Assembly: GCA_951406725.2 (NCBI GenBank)
Contig: OX597833.1
Coordinates: forward strand, 38,750,001 to 38,814,000
Reading direction: 5' to 3'
From: Octopus vulgaris
Taxonomy: Eukaryota
DNA length: 64,000 bases
Below, piece after piece: positions 27,760 through 39,091 of this stretch; position 1 is the first letter of the stretch, and every line of letters starts with the position of its first letter. The translations under genes were made by a program, and so were the position numbers. The notes beneath the pieces are model-generated. The model was not told the origin of the DNA. It saw only the letters and a program-made list of their open reading frames with translations, and made no database searches.

Positions 27760-28452
27760 GCAGAAACCAGGGTTCTTTCTTAATTTTTATCAGTGCTGGA
27801 CAAAATGCTCAAGAACAAATTCTTCTGGCTCTTTTACTCTCTGAATTCAGATGTTGCTGAGGTTGACTGCCTTTCATCCTTTCAGGGTCAATAAAATAAA
27901 GTACCAGTTGCGCATTTTGGGTCAGTGTACTTGATTTGTCCTCTCACTCAAAATTTCAGACTTTGTGCCTATCGTGGAAAGAATTATTGTCAGGGAGATG
28001 AGCTGGCAGAATCATTAGTATGCCAAAAGGGGGTGAGCTGGCAGAAATGTTAGCAAGCCGGGTGAAATGCCTAGCGGTATTTCGTCTGCTGTTACGTTCT
28101 GAGTTCAAATTCCACCGAGGTCGACTTTGCCTTTCATCCTTTCGGGGTCGATAAATTAAGTACCAGTTACGCACTGGGGTTGATGTAATCGACTTAATCC
28201 CTTTGTCTGTCCCCTCTATGTTTAGCCCCTTGTGGGCAATAAAGAAATAAGAATCATTACTATACCAAGCAAAATGCTTAGTAGCATTTAGCCTGTTTTT
28301 ACATTCTGAGTTCAAATTCTTTCAAAGTTGACTTTGCCTTTCGTCCTTCTGGAGTTGATAAAATAAGTACCAGTTAAGCATTTGGGATCAATATAATCAA
28401 CCAGACCCCTCCCCACACAATTTCAGACCTTTGAGTCTATTGTAGAAAGGAT
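27760..28452 (+). mobile_element. Family A SINE stack: young copy (28027-28249) nested in an older copy, preceded by a third
   Basis: 19-bp TSD agaatcatta(g/c)tat(g/a)ccaa at 28008-28026 and 28250-28268. Confidence 0.85.
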
Positions 28453-29699
28453 TAATATTATTGCTAGAATATGAAGAAGCAACAAACCCCTCCATGACTA
28501 CATAGCAACCAACTATTTATTAATCCCATAATAGTTTGAGTGAAACACTGTGGCTTATTATACATGTATACACACACACACAAAGGTCTGCATGTGCTTA
28601 TTGTTTGTAACACCAACCAACCAACTGTTATCCATTTGTGAGTAGTAGTAGTAGGAAGAGGAGGAGGAATACTTTAACAGCTGGCAAAATATGCAACATG
28701 GTAAACTGAAGTTTTTACACACACACACACACAAAGCAAACTGTCTGTAATATCCGATATTAATGGATTGAGTTAAAGAATCCAGATATGTGTGCGCGCA
28801 TATATATATATTTACATACACACACTTAATTCAAAGCGTAAAAAAAGGGCAACCAGCTGTACGAAATATACCCTACATACAACATTTGAATGCAGAGTAT
28901 ATTTAATGTAATTATTAATGAAATTAACGTGTTAGTAGCAACGTCTCCTCAGGGGTAAATATAATATCTAACCCTGAAGTAAGTCGGGGAACTTCAAAAA
29001 GGTTGGTACTGCAGTAGGGCTGTTTTATTCGAAATAAAAGTATGCGTTAGTGTGTGTTTCTCTATAAGTTTAAACAATAAATAAACAGGTGTATATCCAC
29101 AAACCACAAAGATCTAAGATGACCGTAGAATGGTCGATTAGATGAAACGAAGTGGGTGTCGGGTTTTATGGGGAGAGAGCAGAGAAACCACCTTTAGCTT
29201 AGTTGATGTTTAGTCTCAGGCCAGCCGCATGACCAAGTGTTACAAATATAGCCATCCTATCTTTCAAATATATATGACTAAGGTGGTGAATGTGTTCTTC
29301 CTCTTTTAAAAAGGCAGGGATTTAACAGTTATTTCTAGCAGGCCGGCCAGAACAAACATGCAGACACAATCTCTTAAGGTTGTCCTTTAACAATTAAGTT
29401 AACAGTGAAGGAGCAGGCCTATAGTGAAAGCGTCCCAATTATGACCATCCAGTAACTTGTATATCTCGGATTGCAATGTGTCCTTCCCGTTTTCAGAAGT
29501 TTAAAAGGTGTGATTTGAGAACTAATTTTTGTTAGCTATTTCTGGCAAGTCGAGCGAGCACGTTAAACGGTTGGGTGACCACTGAAAGAAGGACTATTAT
29601 TATTATTTGGTTGTTTAATTCTAATAGATTAAAGAGCAGACATCGTTGTTGCTGCTATTGGTGGTGTTGGAAAATATTAGAAAACACGATACAAAGCAA

Positions 29700-29886
29700 G
29701 AAAATAAAACTTAGGAGAATTTATCGATTTAAAAAGAAAGAAAAAAAAAGAAGGTAATAAAATATTTTCTCTCAATAAAACAGAAAATCCACCGGAGACG
29801 AACGGTAGAAATGACGGTTAGTTTTACGAGTAACAACCTGGCGGAATTAATCCACGACTAGAAGATACACGCGGAAGTTATCTACA

Positions 29887-29943
<57 letters not shown>

Positions 29944-30988
29944 GTATACACACCGTTGTACATGTGTTGCTAAATCTGTTTATTTTCTAAAGATTGTATT
30001 GAAATGTGGCGTTGTTGTTATTCTGTCGTTTACATTGCACATATCTTTATATAGACGGTCTCTCTCTTAGATGGGGTGGCTTTCCAACCGATCCATAAGG
30101 TCTGGGGTACCGGTAAATTTCTGAACGAGGCGGGGTGTAGGGTGGGGAGAGGGAAGACCCCACCCTCTTCCCAGGTGGGGCCCGAAGACAACCGCGTTCC
30201 GCCTTGCAAAATTTCTCTTCGTGGCTCTGATTTATTTACACACCCTCGCACGCGCGTTTAAACAAAGCGTGTATATATCTGGATTGAAGTAGTTTGTTGA
30301 TTTAGCCCTAGGTCAGTATTTACTCATCACAGCACATTTACAATCAAAGGTGTTCCGATCGGGATCATCCCACCGCACACATACATCCATCGAATTCTTC
30401 CTTTATTTAGACAGTAGGGGTGATTTGAGTTGCTATTTCTAGCAGGCCGCACGACTACATAAAACCTCATAGTGTCAGTGTTTCTTTTTGTGATTAACAA
30501 CTCGTGTTAAAATCATTGTTGGTTCACACACAAACAAAATAAAACTATTGATGAAAAACTCAAACACGGAGAAAGTAAAAAAAAAACACCTGCGTAAGTA
30601 GGCTCTCTCAAACACAGATGTTCAGTTATAAGAAATGGAGAAGTATTTGAGGAAGAGAGACAGGTTGGCCCCAAAACTGCCTAACGGAATGGAGAGAGAA
30701 GGGACACAGCTATGTGGAACTAGTTACGGGTTTGTTCCATGTGAACACACAAGAGTAAACAAGAGAGACAGAGAAAGGCAGAAACAAGGAAAATGCCACT
30801 TATATTTGAACACTATACAAATATTCTTTCAAAAGAAACTTTTCTTTTAATTTTTCTAAATTTAATTATTTAATTGTTACAGTTGAAAAGGTCTCAAATG
30901 TACTGAAATGTTCTTTATAAAATTAATTTAGCATTTTCTATCTTGACTTGTTTTTTTCAGGGTTGAATTTGCAACCCCTATCTCAATT

Positions 30989-31034
<46 letters not shown>

Positions 31035-33600
31035 TATATATATGTGTGTGTGTGCATCCAAGTTTGTGTATATGTGAAGGAGAGGGGTTATGATCGTGTC
31101 CGTGAATAACCAAAAGATAGCCTATCTATCTATCAATCTATCTATCTATCTATCTATCTCAGGTGATCAAAGTTCCATGTAATACAAATGCAAGCATACG
31201 CACATCCAGGAACAACGAAAGGGAATATTATACTTGAAAGAAAGTACACTCCAAGAGTGCAATTCGAAAATTACCATAATTTTTTTACCTGTAGACAAAC
31301 AAACAAAACGATAAGCGAAACCTTTGTTTGGTTATAGTTTTTGTTTACATATCAACGTGTGCGTATATGCAGAGAACTGGAGAGAAATGTTATATATGTA
31401 TGTATGTATGTATATGTGTGTGGATGTTAATGACTAAGAGATTTGTTGCTTAAAAATGAAAAGAAACGGCTGTACAAACAAAAATATACATGGTAGCTGA
31501 TCATCATACACACTTCTCATACAAATAAATAAATAAATGAAAAATACCTGATCAACAAGCGTAGAAAACTTCATCTCCCAATGTTGTCCATCAACGTACA
31601 TAGAACCACCGGCTTGTTTTGTGTGTTTCCAATGGAATATATATCAACAACAAAGACTGTTGCTGATAACGATAACGATGATTTTTTTAACGATGTTGAA
31701 AACGAGCTTGATAATCCTTTCCAAATTGTGATGAGTATAGAAACTTATAAGCGCATATATATATATGGTGTTTATATATGTACACAGAATATACAATTTA
31801 TATATAAATAAAAATCGTTTCCTTGAAAATATATACACACTGGTCGGGGTATATATATATAAACCCAATTAAGAGCTGTTTAAATCTTTTTTTTTTTTTA
31901 GATCTATATATCCGGTTATTAATTAATTCAATTAAAAGATGATTGCTATAGAGGAGAAATATTGATAGAATAGTGAAGAACAGGAGAGGACAGGCAAGGA
32001 GAGAAAGAAAGAATGAAAAAAAGAGAGAAAGAATGGATCCGAAATGTGTAAAAAAAAGTATTTGGGGAGCTGGAATTAGTTTTAGCTGATAAGGCTTTCA
32101 GGCGAGAGGTATCGGTAGTAAAAGTTGATTTAGTGATAGTAGTAAAACGATAATAATACTACCACGATGAGAACAATAACAATTGCTGTAATAGCTTCTC
32201 ACAGAGAAGCATGTCGTTATTTTATCGTTGTTGTTGTTGTTGTTACGTTTGCTGGGGGGTTTTTTTTTTCGTTTTCTTCCGCCGGTAAATAGTTGTGAAC
32301 ATTCGGCAACGATACAAGCACGATAATAAGTCCCAGCAACAGCGGCGGAGTGTTAGATGTAGAGCAGAGAGGGGAGGAGTGACAAGAAAATGAAGAAATG
32401 TAAGAGAGGTAGGGGAGAAGGAAAAATGTGTGTCTGTGTGTGTGGGTGTATGCGTGTGGGGGGAGGGGGCAATAGAGTCATTCACCCTTTCTTTCTTTCT
32501 GTGGTGATTTCAGGGAGAAAGACAAAGAAAAGGAGAGAGATCAAAGATATAAAAAGACAGGTAAGTATGGAGGAAGAGGAGTAAGAGGAGAGAGAGAGAT
32601 GGTATGAAAAGAGATCTTAGTTAGAAGGGAAGAAAAAAAGAGAGAAGGAAGAGATAAAAGCAGGTATATAAAGTAATAGAAGAGTGACTGCCTGATTGAC
32701 TGACAGTAGAGGAGGGGCGTGTAGGAGGGAATGACAGATGATAGAGGGACAACGTGGGGAGGGGGTACAGTTGGTACAAAGAGACAACTACGGAACAAAC
32801 CCAAGACCACACAGGTGGTAGGAGGACGAAGGGGGCGAAAGGTGCTCCTCCAGCCTATTACTATCACTGGAGCATATATACACACACGCGCGCGCGCACA
32901 GAGGGGGATGTAGCGACAGTGAGCGGGAGGGGTGAAGTAGGGGTAGGGTTTTGTAAATTTTATTTCGATTAAAAAATGACTTAAATTAATAAAAAGACAT
33001 ACAAACACGCACATACACAAACTGTAAAAGAGGGAGAGAGAGAGAGAGAGAGAGAGGAAAGAGCGCATGAAGAGAAGGAATGACGAATCGATGAAAGATG
33101 AAAGGAATTATAGAATTATTATATAGAGAACATTGTAAAAGAAAAGGAATAAATAAACGAAAATAAAAGAGAAAAGGCGTGATTTAAAAAGAAGGGGGAG
33201 GAAGAGAGAGATGATGATGATGATAATGGGAGTGGAATGGTCAAGAGAGTAAGACTGGAGTTGGAGGGAAGAAGGTAGAAAGGAAGGGTCAAAGAAGAAT
33301 AGAAGTAGAAGCAGAGAGATATAACAAAGAGGTAGTTGAGGGGTAGGAAGGAACAGTAAAAAAGGGAGGAGCTAAGTAAAGTCACCATTTGTTGTAGTCT
33401 CTACCCCCTCTCTTTCTCTTTCTCACTCTATTTCACTGCACAGTCCCACCACCACCACCACAGAAAGAGGAGGAGCAGTCCTTCTCCTCCTCCTCCTCTT
33501 ACCCCCTTTGACAAGACTGCATGCACCCTCCCCAACCAGTCTCCCTCCTACTTTCTCTTTACTAAACAGTTATCAGTTTTATTATCATCATTTGAAAAGA
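29700..33600. promoter_or_regulatory. Candidate promoter / first-exon region
   Basis: Repeat-poor and CpG-retaining; ETS-like GCGGAAGT (29871), G-tracts (30132-30180), long purine tracts (32-33.4 kb); adjoins the CpG-depleted left flank. Function is inferred. Confidence 0.45.
31548..31601 (-). CDS. Candidate first coding exon MYVDGQHWEMKFSTLVDQ (phase 0), product unknown
   Basis: ATG after an upstream in-frame TGA, 18 codons of ordinary complexity ending at CAG|GTATTT, inside the candidate promoter domain; no downstream exon recognised. Confidence 0.3.
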
Positions 33601-34312
33601 AGCAATTGGAAGCGAATGTGAAAATAAAAACCAGCAGCACGTGAGAGTTTATATTTATGCAAGTGTGTATGTGTGTGCGTGCATGTGCAAATATATATAT
33701 ATATATGTATGTATATATAGAGTCACTTTACAGTCTCTCCGTATTTACAACTGCATTATATACAGATTATATTTACATGTCTACATAAATCTGAAAGTAA
33801 TAAAGTATACGATCGCTTAAATGCGCAAATGCTCGGGGTGTCCAATTAAAAGAAAGACGAAGTGCATTAAAAATTCATAAATAAAAAAGTTCATAATTCA
33901 TATATAAACATTTTAATTTCTTCTATTTAAAAACAAATATACTTTATTTTGAATTTATAATTTTTCCATTATAAAAAAAAAACTGTATAATAATAATAGT
34001 AATATTAGTTCACAACGTAAAAAGTAAAAAAAGAAAGGAAAATAAATATATAAATAAAAATAAATGCTAACATTTCACCAAAAATCTGGACATCACAAAC
34101 ACACGTGTGTGTGTGTGTGAATGTATGTACGAGTGTACACGCACACACATACATACAAAACTTCAACCTCAATTTATACCAGTGAGAATTGAACAGATGT
34201 GTGATCATGCTTTTTCAAGGGTATTTGCAACAAATACACATGTATGCGCGCGAGAATGTGTGCGTGCGTGTGTGTGTGTGTGTGTGTATGCATCCGTGAA
34301 TGTTTGTATGTA

Positions 34313-34701
34313 TGCGCAGACGTAGATATGTGGCAAGAAGTTTCCTTACGAACCACATGGTCCCGGGTTCGGTCCCACAGCGTGCCACCTTCGACAAGTG
34401 TTTTTTTACTATAGTCTCAGATCGATTCGGTAGACGGAAACTGAAAGAAGCCCTACGTGTGAGCGCACGCATATATATATATATATACATACATACATAG
34501 CGTGTGCGTGTGTGTGCGTGTTTGTCCCCCACCACCCCTTGACAACCAGTGTTAGTGTGTTTACGTCCCCGTAACCAAGCGGTTCAGCAAATGAAACGGA
34601 TAGACTAAGTACCAAGAGGTCCATTCAGTCGACTAAAATTTCTCCAAGACGGTGCCCCAGCATGGCCGCAGTCTAATGACTAAAATAAGTGAAAGATAAA
34701 A
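34313..34701 (+). mobile_element. Family B SINE (CpG-retaining)
   Basis: GGTTCGGTCCC B box, gacaagtg..tactatag body, tail ggtgccccagcatggccgcagtctaatgact. Confidence 0.85.
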
Positions 34702-35336
34702 GCTGCACACGCACACACACACACGGAAAAGTCAAGAAAGCGAACAGTGTTCATGTGGTATTATGTCCGCGTGCAGGATCAAGCTTAGACGATCGGAAAG
34801 AGCTATTGTTGTTGTTGTGAACGGAACACACACACACACATACATCCATCCATACATATACACACACACACACACACACGTGTGTGTGCAGACACAGAGA
34901 CCAACGTTCCGCTTGTATGCATGTATATATCGTTGAACCCCACAACAGGGTCATCTGTGCGGCAAGAAAACAAAGCGGTCCCGGAATTAGGTAATTAAAC
35001 TATCAATTAGCGAAACTGATTGGCTGCCGTGAGTGTGCGGAGGAGAGAGAGAGAGGAAGAGTGGTGAGCTTTCTTTTTGTTATTTTTAAGGAAAGTCAAG
35101 CGACTCGACTATATATACACGGAGTTTACAGACACAGAAACATGCCTGTACACTACAGAAGCATGTCTACACGTGCGCGCGCGCATTTACTTTCACTTTT
35201 AACCTTATAATAGATTCAGTCACTGGACTGCAATGATACTGGAGCACCACAGACTTGAAGGAGTTTTAGCCGTTAATGTGGTCCTAAGTAACATATTTCA
35301 TCGTTATTTATGGAATAAAGATTAAAAGATGCAACT

Positions 35337-35955
35337 GGAGGAGTGGCTGTGTGGTAAGTAGCTTGCTAACCAGCCACATGGTTCCGTGTTCAGTCCCGGC
35401 GAACTGGCAGAAATGTTAGCATGTCGGGCGAAATGCGTAGCCGTATTTCGTCTGTCGTTACGTTCTGAATTCAAATTCCGCCGAGGTCGACTTTGCTTTT
35501 TATCCTTTCGGGGTCGATTAAATAAGTACCAGCTACGCACTGGGGTCGATACAATCGACTTAATCCGTTTGTCCTTGTTTGTCCTCTCTGTGTTTAGCCC
35601 TTTGTGGGTAGTAAAGAAATAGGTTCCGTGTTCAGTCCCACTGCGTGGCATCTTGGGTAAGTGTCTTCTGCTATAGCCCCGGGCCAACCAATGCCTTGTG
35701 AGTGGATTTGGGAGACGGAAACTGAAAGAAGCCTGTCGTATATATGTATATATATGTATATGTATGTGTTTGTGTGTCTGTGTTTGTCCCCCTAGCATTG
35801 CTTGACAACCGATGCTGGTGTGGTTAGCGGTTCGGCAAAAGAGACCGATAGAATAAGTACTGGGCTTACAAAGAATAAGTCCCGGGGTCGATTTGCTCGA
35901 CCAAAGGCGGTACTCCAGCATGGCCGCAGTCAAATGACTGAAACATGTAAATGAG
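35337..35955 (+). mobile_element. Family B SINE interrupted by a family A SINE (35398-35621)
   Basis: Perfect 18-bp TSD ggttccgtgttcagtccc at 35380-35397 and 35622-35639. Confidence 0.92.
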
Positions 35956-35994
35956 AAAGAGAAAGAGAGAACTCTAGATGGAGGTAAGCGCGCG

Positions 35995-36245
35995 CGCACA
36001 GAGAGAGTGAGGGAGGTGGTGACGGACAGAGCATGTCCTCTCTTCTTTGTCTCCGGCCGGGATCACACACACATACACACACACAAAGGCCGAGGGAGGT
36101 GGTGGCGGAGAGAGTGTGTCCTCTTGTCTTTGTCGCCGGATACACACACACACAAAGCTGAGAGATGAGGAGGAAGCATGGGGAGCAAATACTTGTGCCT
36201 TCTGTCTCCGGACATAGGCGTACACATACACAACAGCTGAAGGAA
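35995..36245 (+). repeat. Degenerate ~80-bp tandem repeat (3 units)
   Basis: Recurring gagggaggtggtg.cgga.agag..tgtcctct...ctttgtc.ccgg-(ca)n. Confidence 0.7.
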
Positions 36246-37061
36246 AGACTCCAAACATCGAGTACCAAAATAATAAAAATTTTCTGCAATAGGCCTAAGG
36301 TAATACATTGGTATGTGTGTGACTAGATCGCCTATTTAACTGGTACGACATTATGCAATTCAGCTGAGCCGGATAACGATATCCTAAATAATATTTGAAA
36401 GAGAACTGGATTGTCTTAGCTGGAATATGTTTATTAATTAATCTGTTTGGCCTGGAGGCTTAATAGCAACGAGAAGTGGTACTTTATTTTGTCGACCTCG
36501 GGAGGATGAAAGACAAAAAAAAAAAAAAAAAACGACCGGATATGAATTCAACTGTAATAAAAAGGTCGTAAACGATTACCTGAAGGCAATCTATCTACCG
36601 TGTGTTACAGATTCAGCGGCCACAGACATTATCATTACTGTAATAGCAATCTGAAACATTGTTTTATGAACGGAGACATGTTTGGCCACCGTCTTATAAT
36701 GGATAGAGTAGTCAGCTCCTCACTCACTCCCCTTTGTAACAACAGAAACAGATACGAGACATTACGCACACAAATACTCACAATTAGTCCGAAGAAATCC
36801 GTTGAAATCCTAGATTTAGACATTTAGGATCAGAAGGGGTTTACAAAGTCAACTAGCTGTTGTTATACATCATTTCCATATACAGCAGATTTGGTTGAAA
36901 GCTAAGCTTGTCTGTCTTTCCATTTTCTTTACTACTTTTGTAACGTAAAAGTTATGTTCCTCTACCTGTAAAGTCGTAACAGAACATGCACGGCTTAACG
37001 TTAAATTGGTCAACAAAGTTTCTAAGCAGTTGAACCCCACGTACTGGAACTTGAATATGTA

Positions 37062-37437
37062 TACTCTTTATTCTTTTACTTGTTTCCGTCATTTGACTGT
37101 GGCCATGCTCGAGCACCGCCTTTAGTCGAGCAAATCGACCCCAGGACTTATTTTTTGTAAGCCTAGTACTTATTCTATCGGTCTCTTTTTGTCGAACCGC
37201 TAAGTTACGGGGACGTAAACACACCAGCATCGGTTGTCAAGCGATGTTGGGGGGACAAATACAGACACACAAACATATACACACATACATACATATATAC
37301 GACGGGATCTTTCAGTTTCTGTCTACCAAATCCACTCATAAGGCTATAGTAGAAGACACTTGCCCAAGATGCCACGCAGTGAGACTGAACTTGGAACCAC
37401 GTGGTTAGTAAGCAAGCTACTTACCATACAGCCACTC
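37062..37437 (-). mobile_element. Family B SINE, near full length
   Basis: Reverse complement aligns with the host part of 35337-35955. Confidence 0.9.
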
Positions 37438-37499
37438 ATTGTATACACAAGAGTCATGAATATACATCACTACCCGTTCATTAAATGACAGATTCATTT

Positions 37500-37858
37500 T
37501 GAGAAGTCTCTAGTGAGGACTTGAGAATCCACATATAACAGACGAAAATCATGTAAATTTAACTAGAGTTTTTAGTATGGTGCGGCTTATCGTTAAAAAA
37601 AAAGGTTAATTAGGCCATCCTTTTTTGACGGTAACTGCTGCAACAGTCTGTCATGCTTAAACGTTCAAGAGAACTTTGAAGATGTGGCATTTTACTTTCA
37701 ACAAGATGGGACACCCTACACTAACACAGTAATGTGATTGCCGATCTTGAGATTTTGTCAAACAGGTGGATTGGATGAAAAGGTACACTGCCTTCACTGG
37801 ACCTCACATCACGAGACATTTTTCATGGGGATACTTAAAAGGTAAAATTTATAGTACT
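37500..37858 (+). pseudogene. Degraded Tc1/mariner-superfamily transposase fragment
   Basis: Frameshifted motifs in the correct order: VWCGLS, (IG)PSFFDG, FYFQQDGTP, NRWIG*KG, SLDLTSRDIF, WGYLKGKIY (cf. WFQQDGAP...SPDLTPLDFFLWGYLK). Confidence 0.85.
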
Positions 37859-37875
37859 ATCAGTCTGTCTATCCA

Positions 37876-37914
<39 letters not shown>

Positions 37915-38710
37915 TACATACATATATATATGGTGAGAGAAAGAGATGGGTGGAGGGAAATATAAAAGGTACCAAACTAATCAAATCGAAAACTTCATCT
38001 AATTGGCATTTCTAAACTTCTTTTGTTGGACATCTCTTGGACGTAGAGGAGGTAAGAATACTGGAAACAGCCAGTAGTCAGTTATAGGAAGAGAGGAAAA
38101 TTATGTGCATAACGTAGGGTGACGAGTGATGACGGTAAGAGAGAATAGAGAGGAGGGACGAAAATGTTTAATCTAGTACCAAAGTAAATGGGAGTGAGAA
38201 AGGGAGAGGAAAAGGGAAATAATGGGGGGCAGGGTATGGTAACTACGATACTAAGTAGAGCAGTGGTGGGAGAAGAGCAAAGCTAAGTAGAAAGCGAGAA
38301 GAGGGGTAAATGAATTGAATATAACTGTAAGAAAGAGAGAGACAGGGAAAAGAGGAATCGAAAGAAGGAAGTAAATCCAACTGGGCGACGAAAGGGGATC
38401 TGTATATAAGCTTAGTGTGGTACAAGAGATTGGAGTGAGAAAGGCTGGATGAAGTACCACGGGAGACAGGTAGCTGGATAGACAAACAAGTAACTAAATA
38501 AGCAAACAGGTATGTATATAATCAAGTAGTTGTGTAGACACACAGGGAGATGTGTAGAAAGACAGGTAAAGAAGTACAATTCAACGTCAGGTGTACGTTT
38601 CGGCCTATTTGTAAATTCAAACGCGTGTGCGCGCCCCCACCCCCGCGAGCACATGTGCAAAACAAGGTGGATAAACAATAGTACTCGAATACCAAAGGTA
38701 GAGTGAAATA

Positions 38711-38814
38711 CAGTTAACCACTACGCCATATGCCCGTGAGCATATATGGCGTAGTGGTTAAGAGCGTGGGCTACAAACCCCCAAATTCCGAGTTCGATTC
38801 CAAGCAGTAACCTG

Positions 38815-38846
<32 letters not shown>

Positions 38847-38990
38847 ACAACAACAACAACATCGAAAAATACCTTAGGAATGAGAACTCAGGTTCGAAAA
38901 TTTCCCAAGACACCTGATGAAGGCTGAAACGTTGTGTTAACAACAAACAAGATGAGGACAAATATCCGTCCTCATATATATGTAAATAAT
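38711..38990 (+). mobile_element. tRNA-headed SINE with (AAT)n body and hammerhead-like tail
   Basis: 13-bp TSD gtagagtgaaata (38698-38710, 38991-39003); A box TGGCGTAGTGG (38747), B box AGTTCGATTCC (38791); GACAC-CTGATGA-AGGCT-GAAAC-GTT-GTGTT at 38909-38938. Confidence 0.8.
38909..38938 (+). ncRNA. Minimal type I hammerhead ribozyme motif (stem II collapsed)
   Basis: Stem I GACAC/GUGUU, core CUGAUGA and GAAA, palindromic ACGU stem III, GUU cleavage triplet; only 5 nt between the core segments. Confidence 0.55.
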
Positions 38991-39033
38991 GTAGAGTGAA
39001 ATAGTTTTCTATTGAAGCTAAAAAGACTTTACA

Positions 39034-39075
39034 AACTGTTACTCAGAGTTTCATGTAATCAATCATCAGGCTGTT
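39034..39075 (-). ncRNA. Degenerate minimal hammerhead motif in a Penelope-like relic
   Basis: Minus strand AACAGC-CUGAUGA-UUGAUUACAU-GAAA-CUCUGAG-UA-ACAGUU; stem I pairs 4/6, stem III near-palindromic, GUA triplet. Confidence 0.5.
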
Positions 39076-39091
39076 GTGAGTATTTGATACT

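Noticed and set aside
35322-35999. 225-aa ORF, the longest in the window
   Set aside because: It is the antisense reading of two nested SINEs.
38744-38810. tRNA gene (also SINE heads at 8979, 9647, 41490 and 44262)
   Set aside because: A/B boxes are present, but I found no complete cloverleaf or acceptor stem and each continues into a SINE body.
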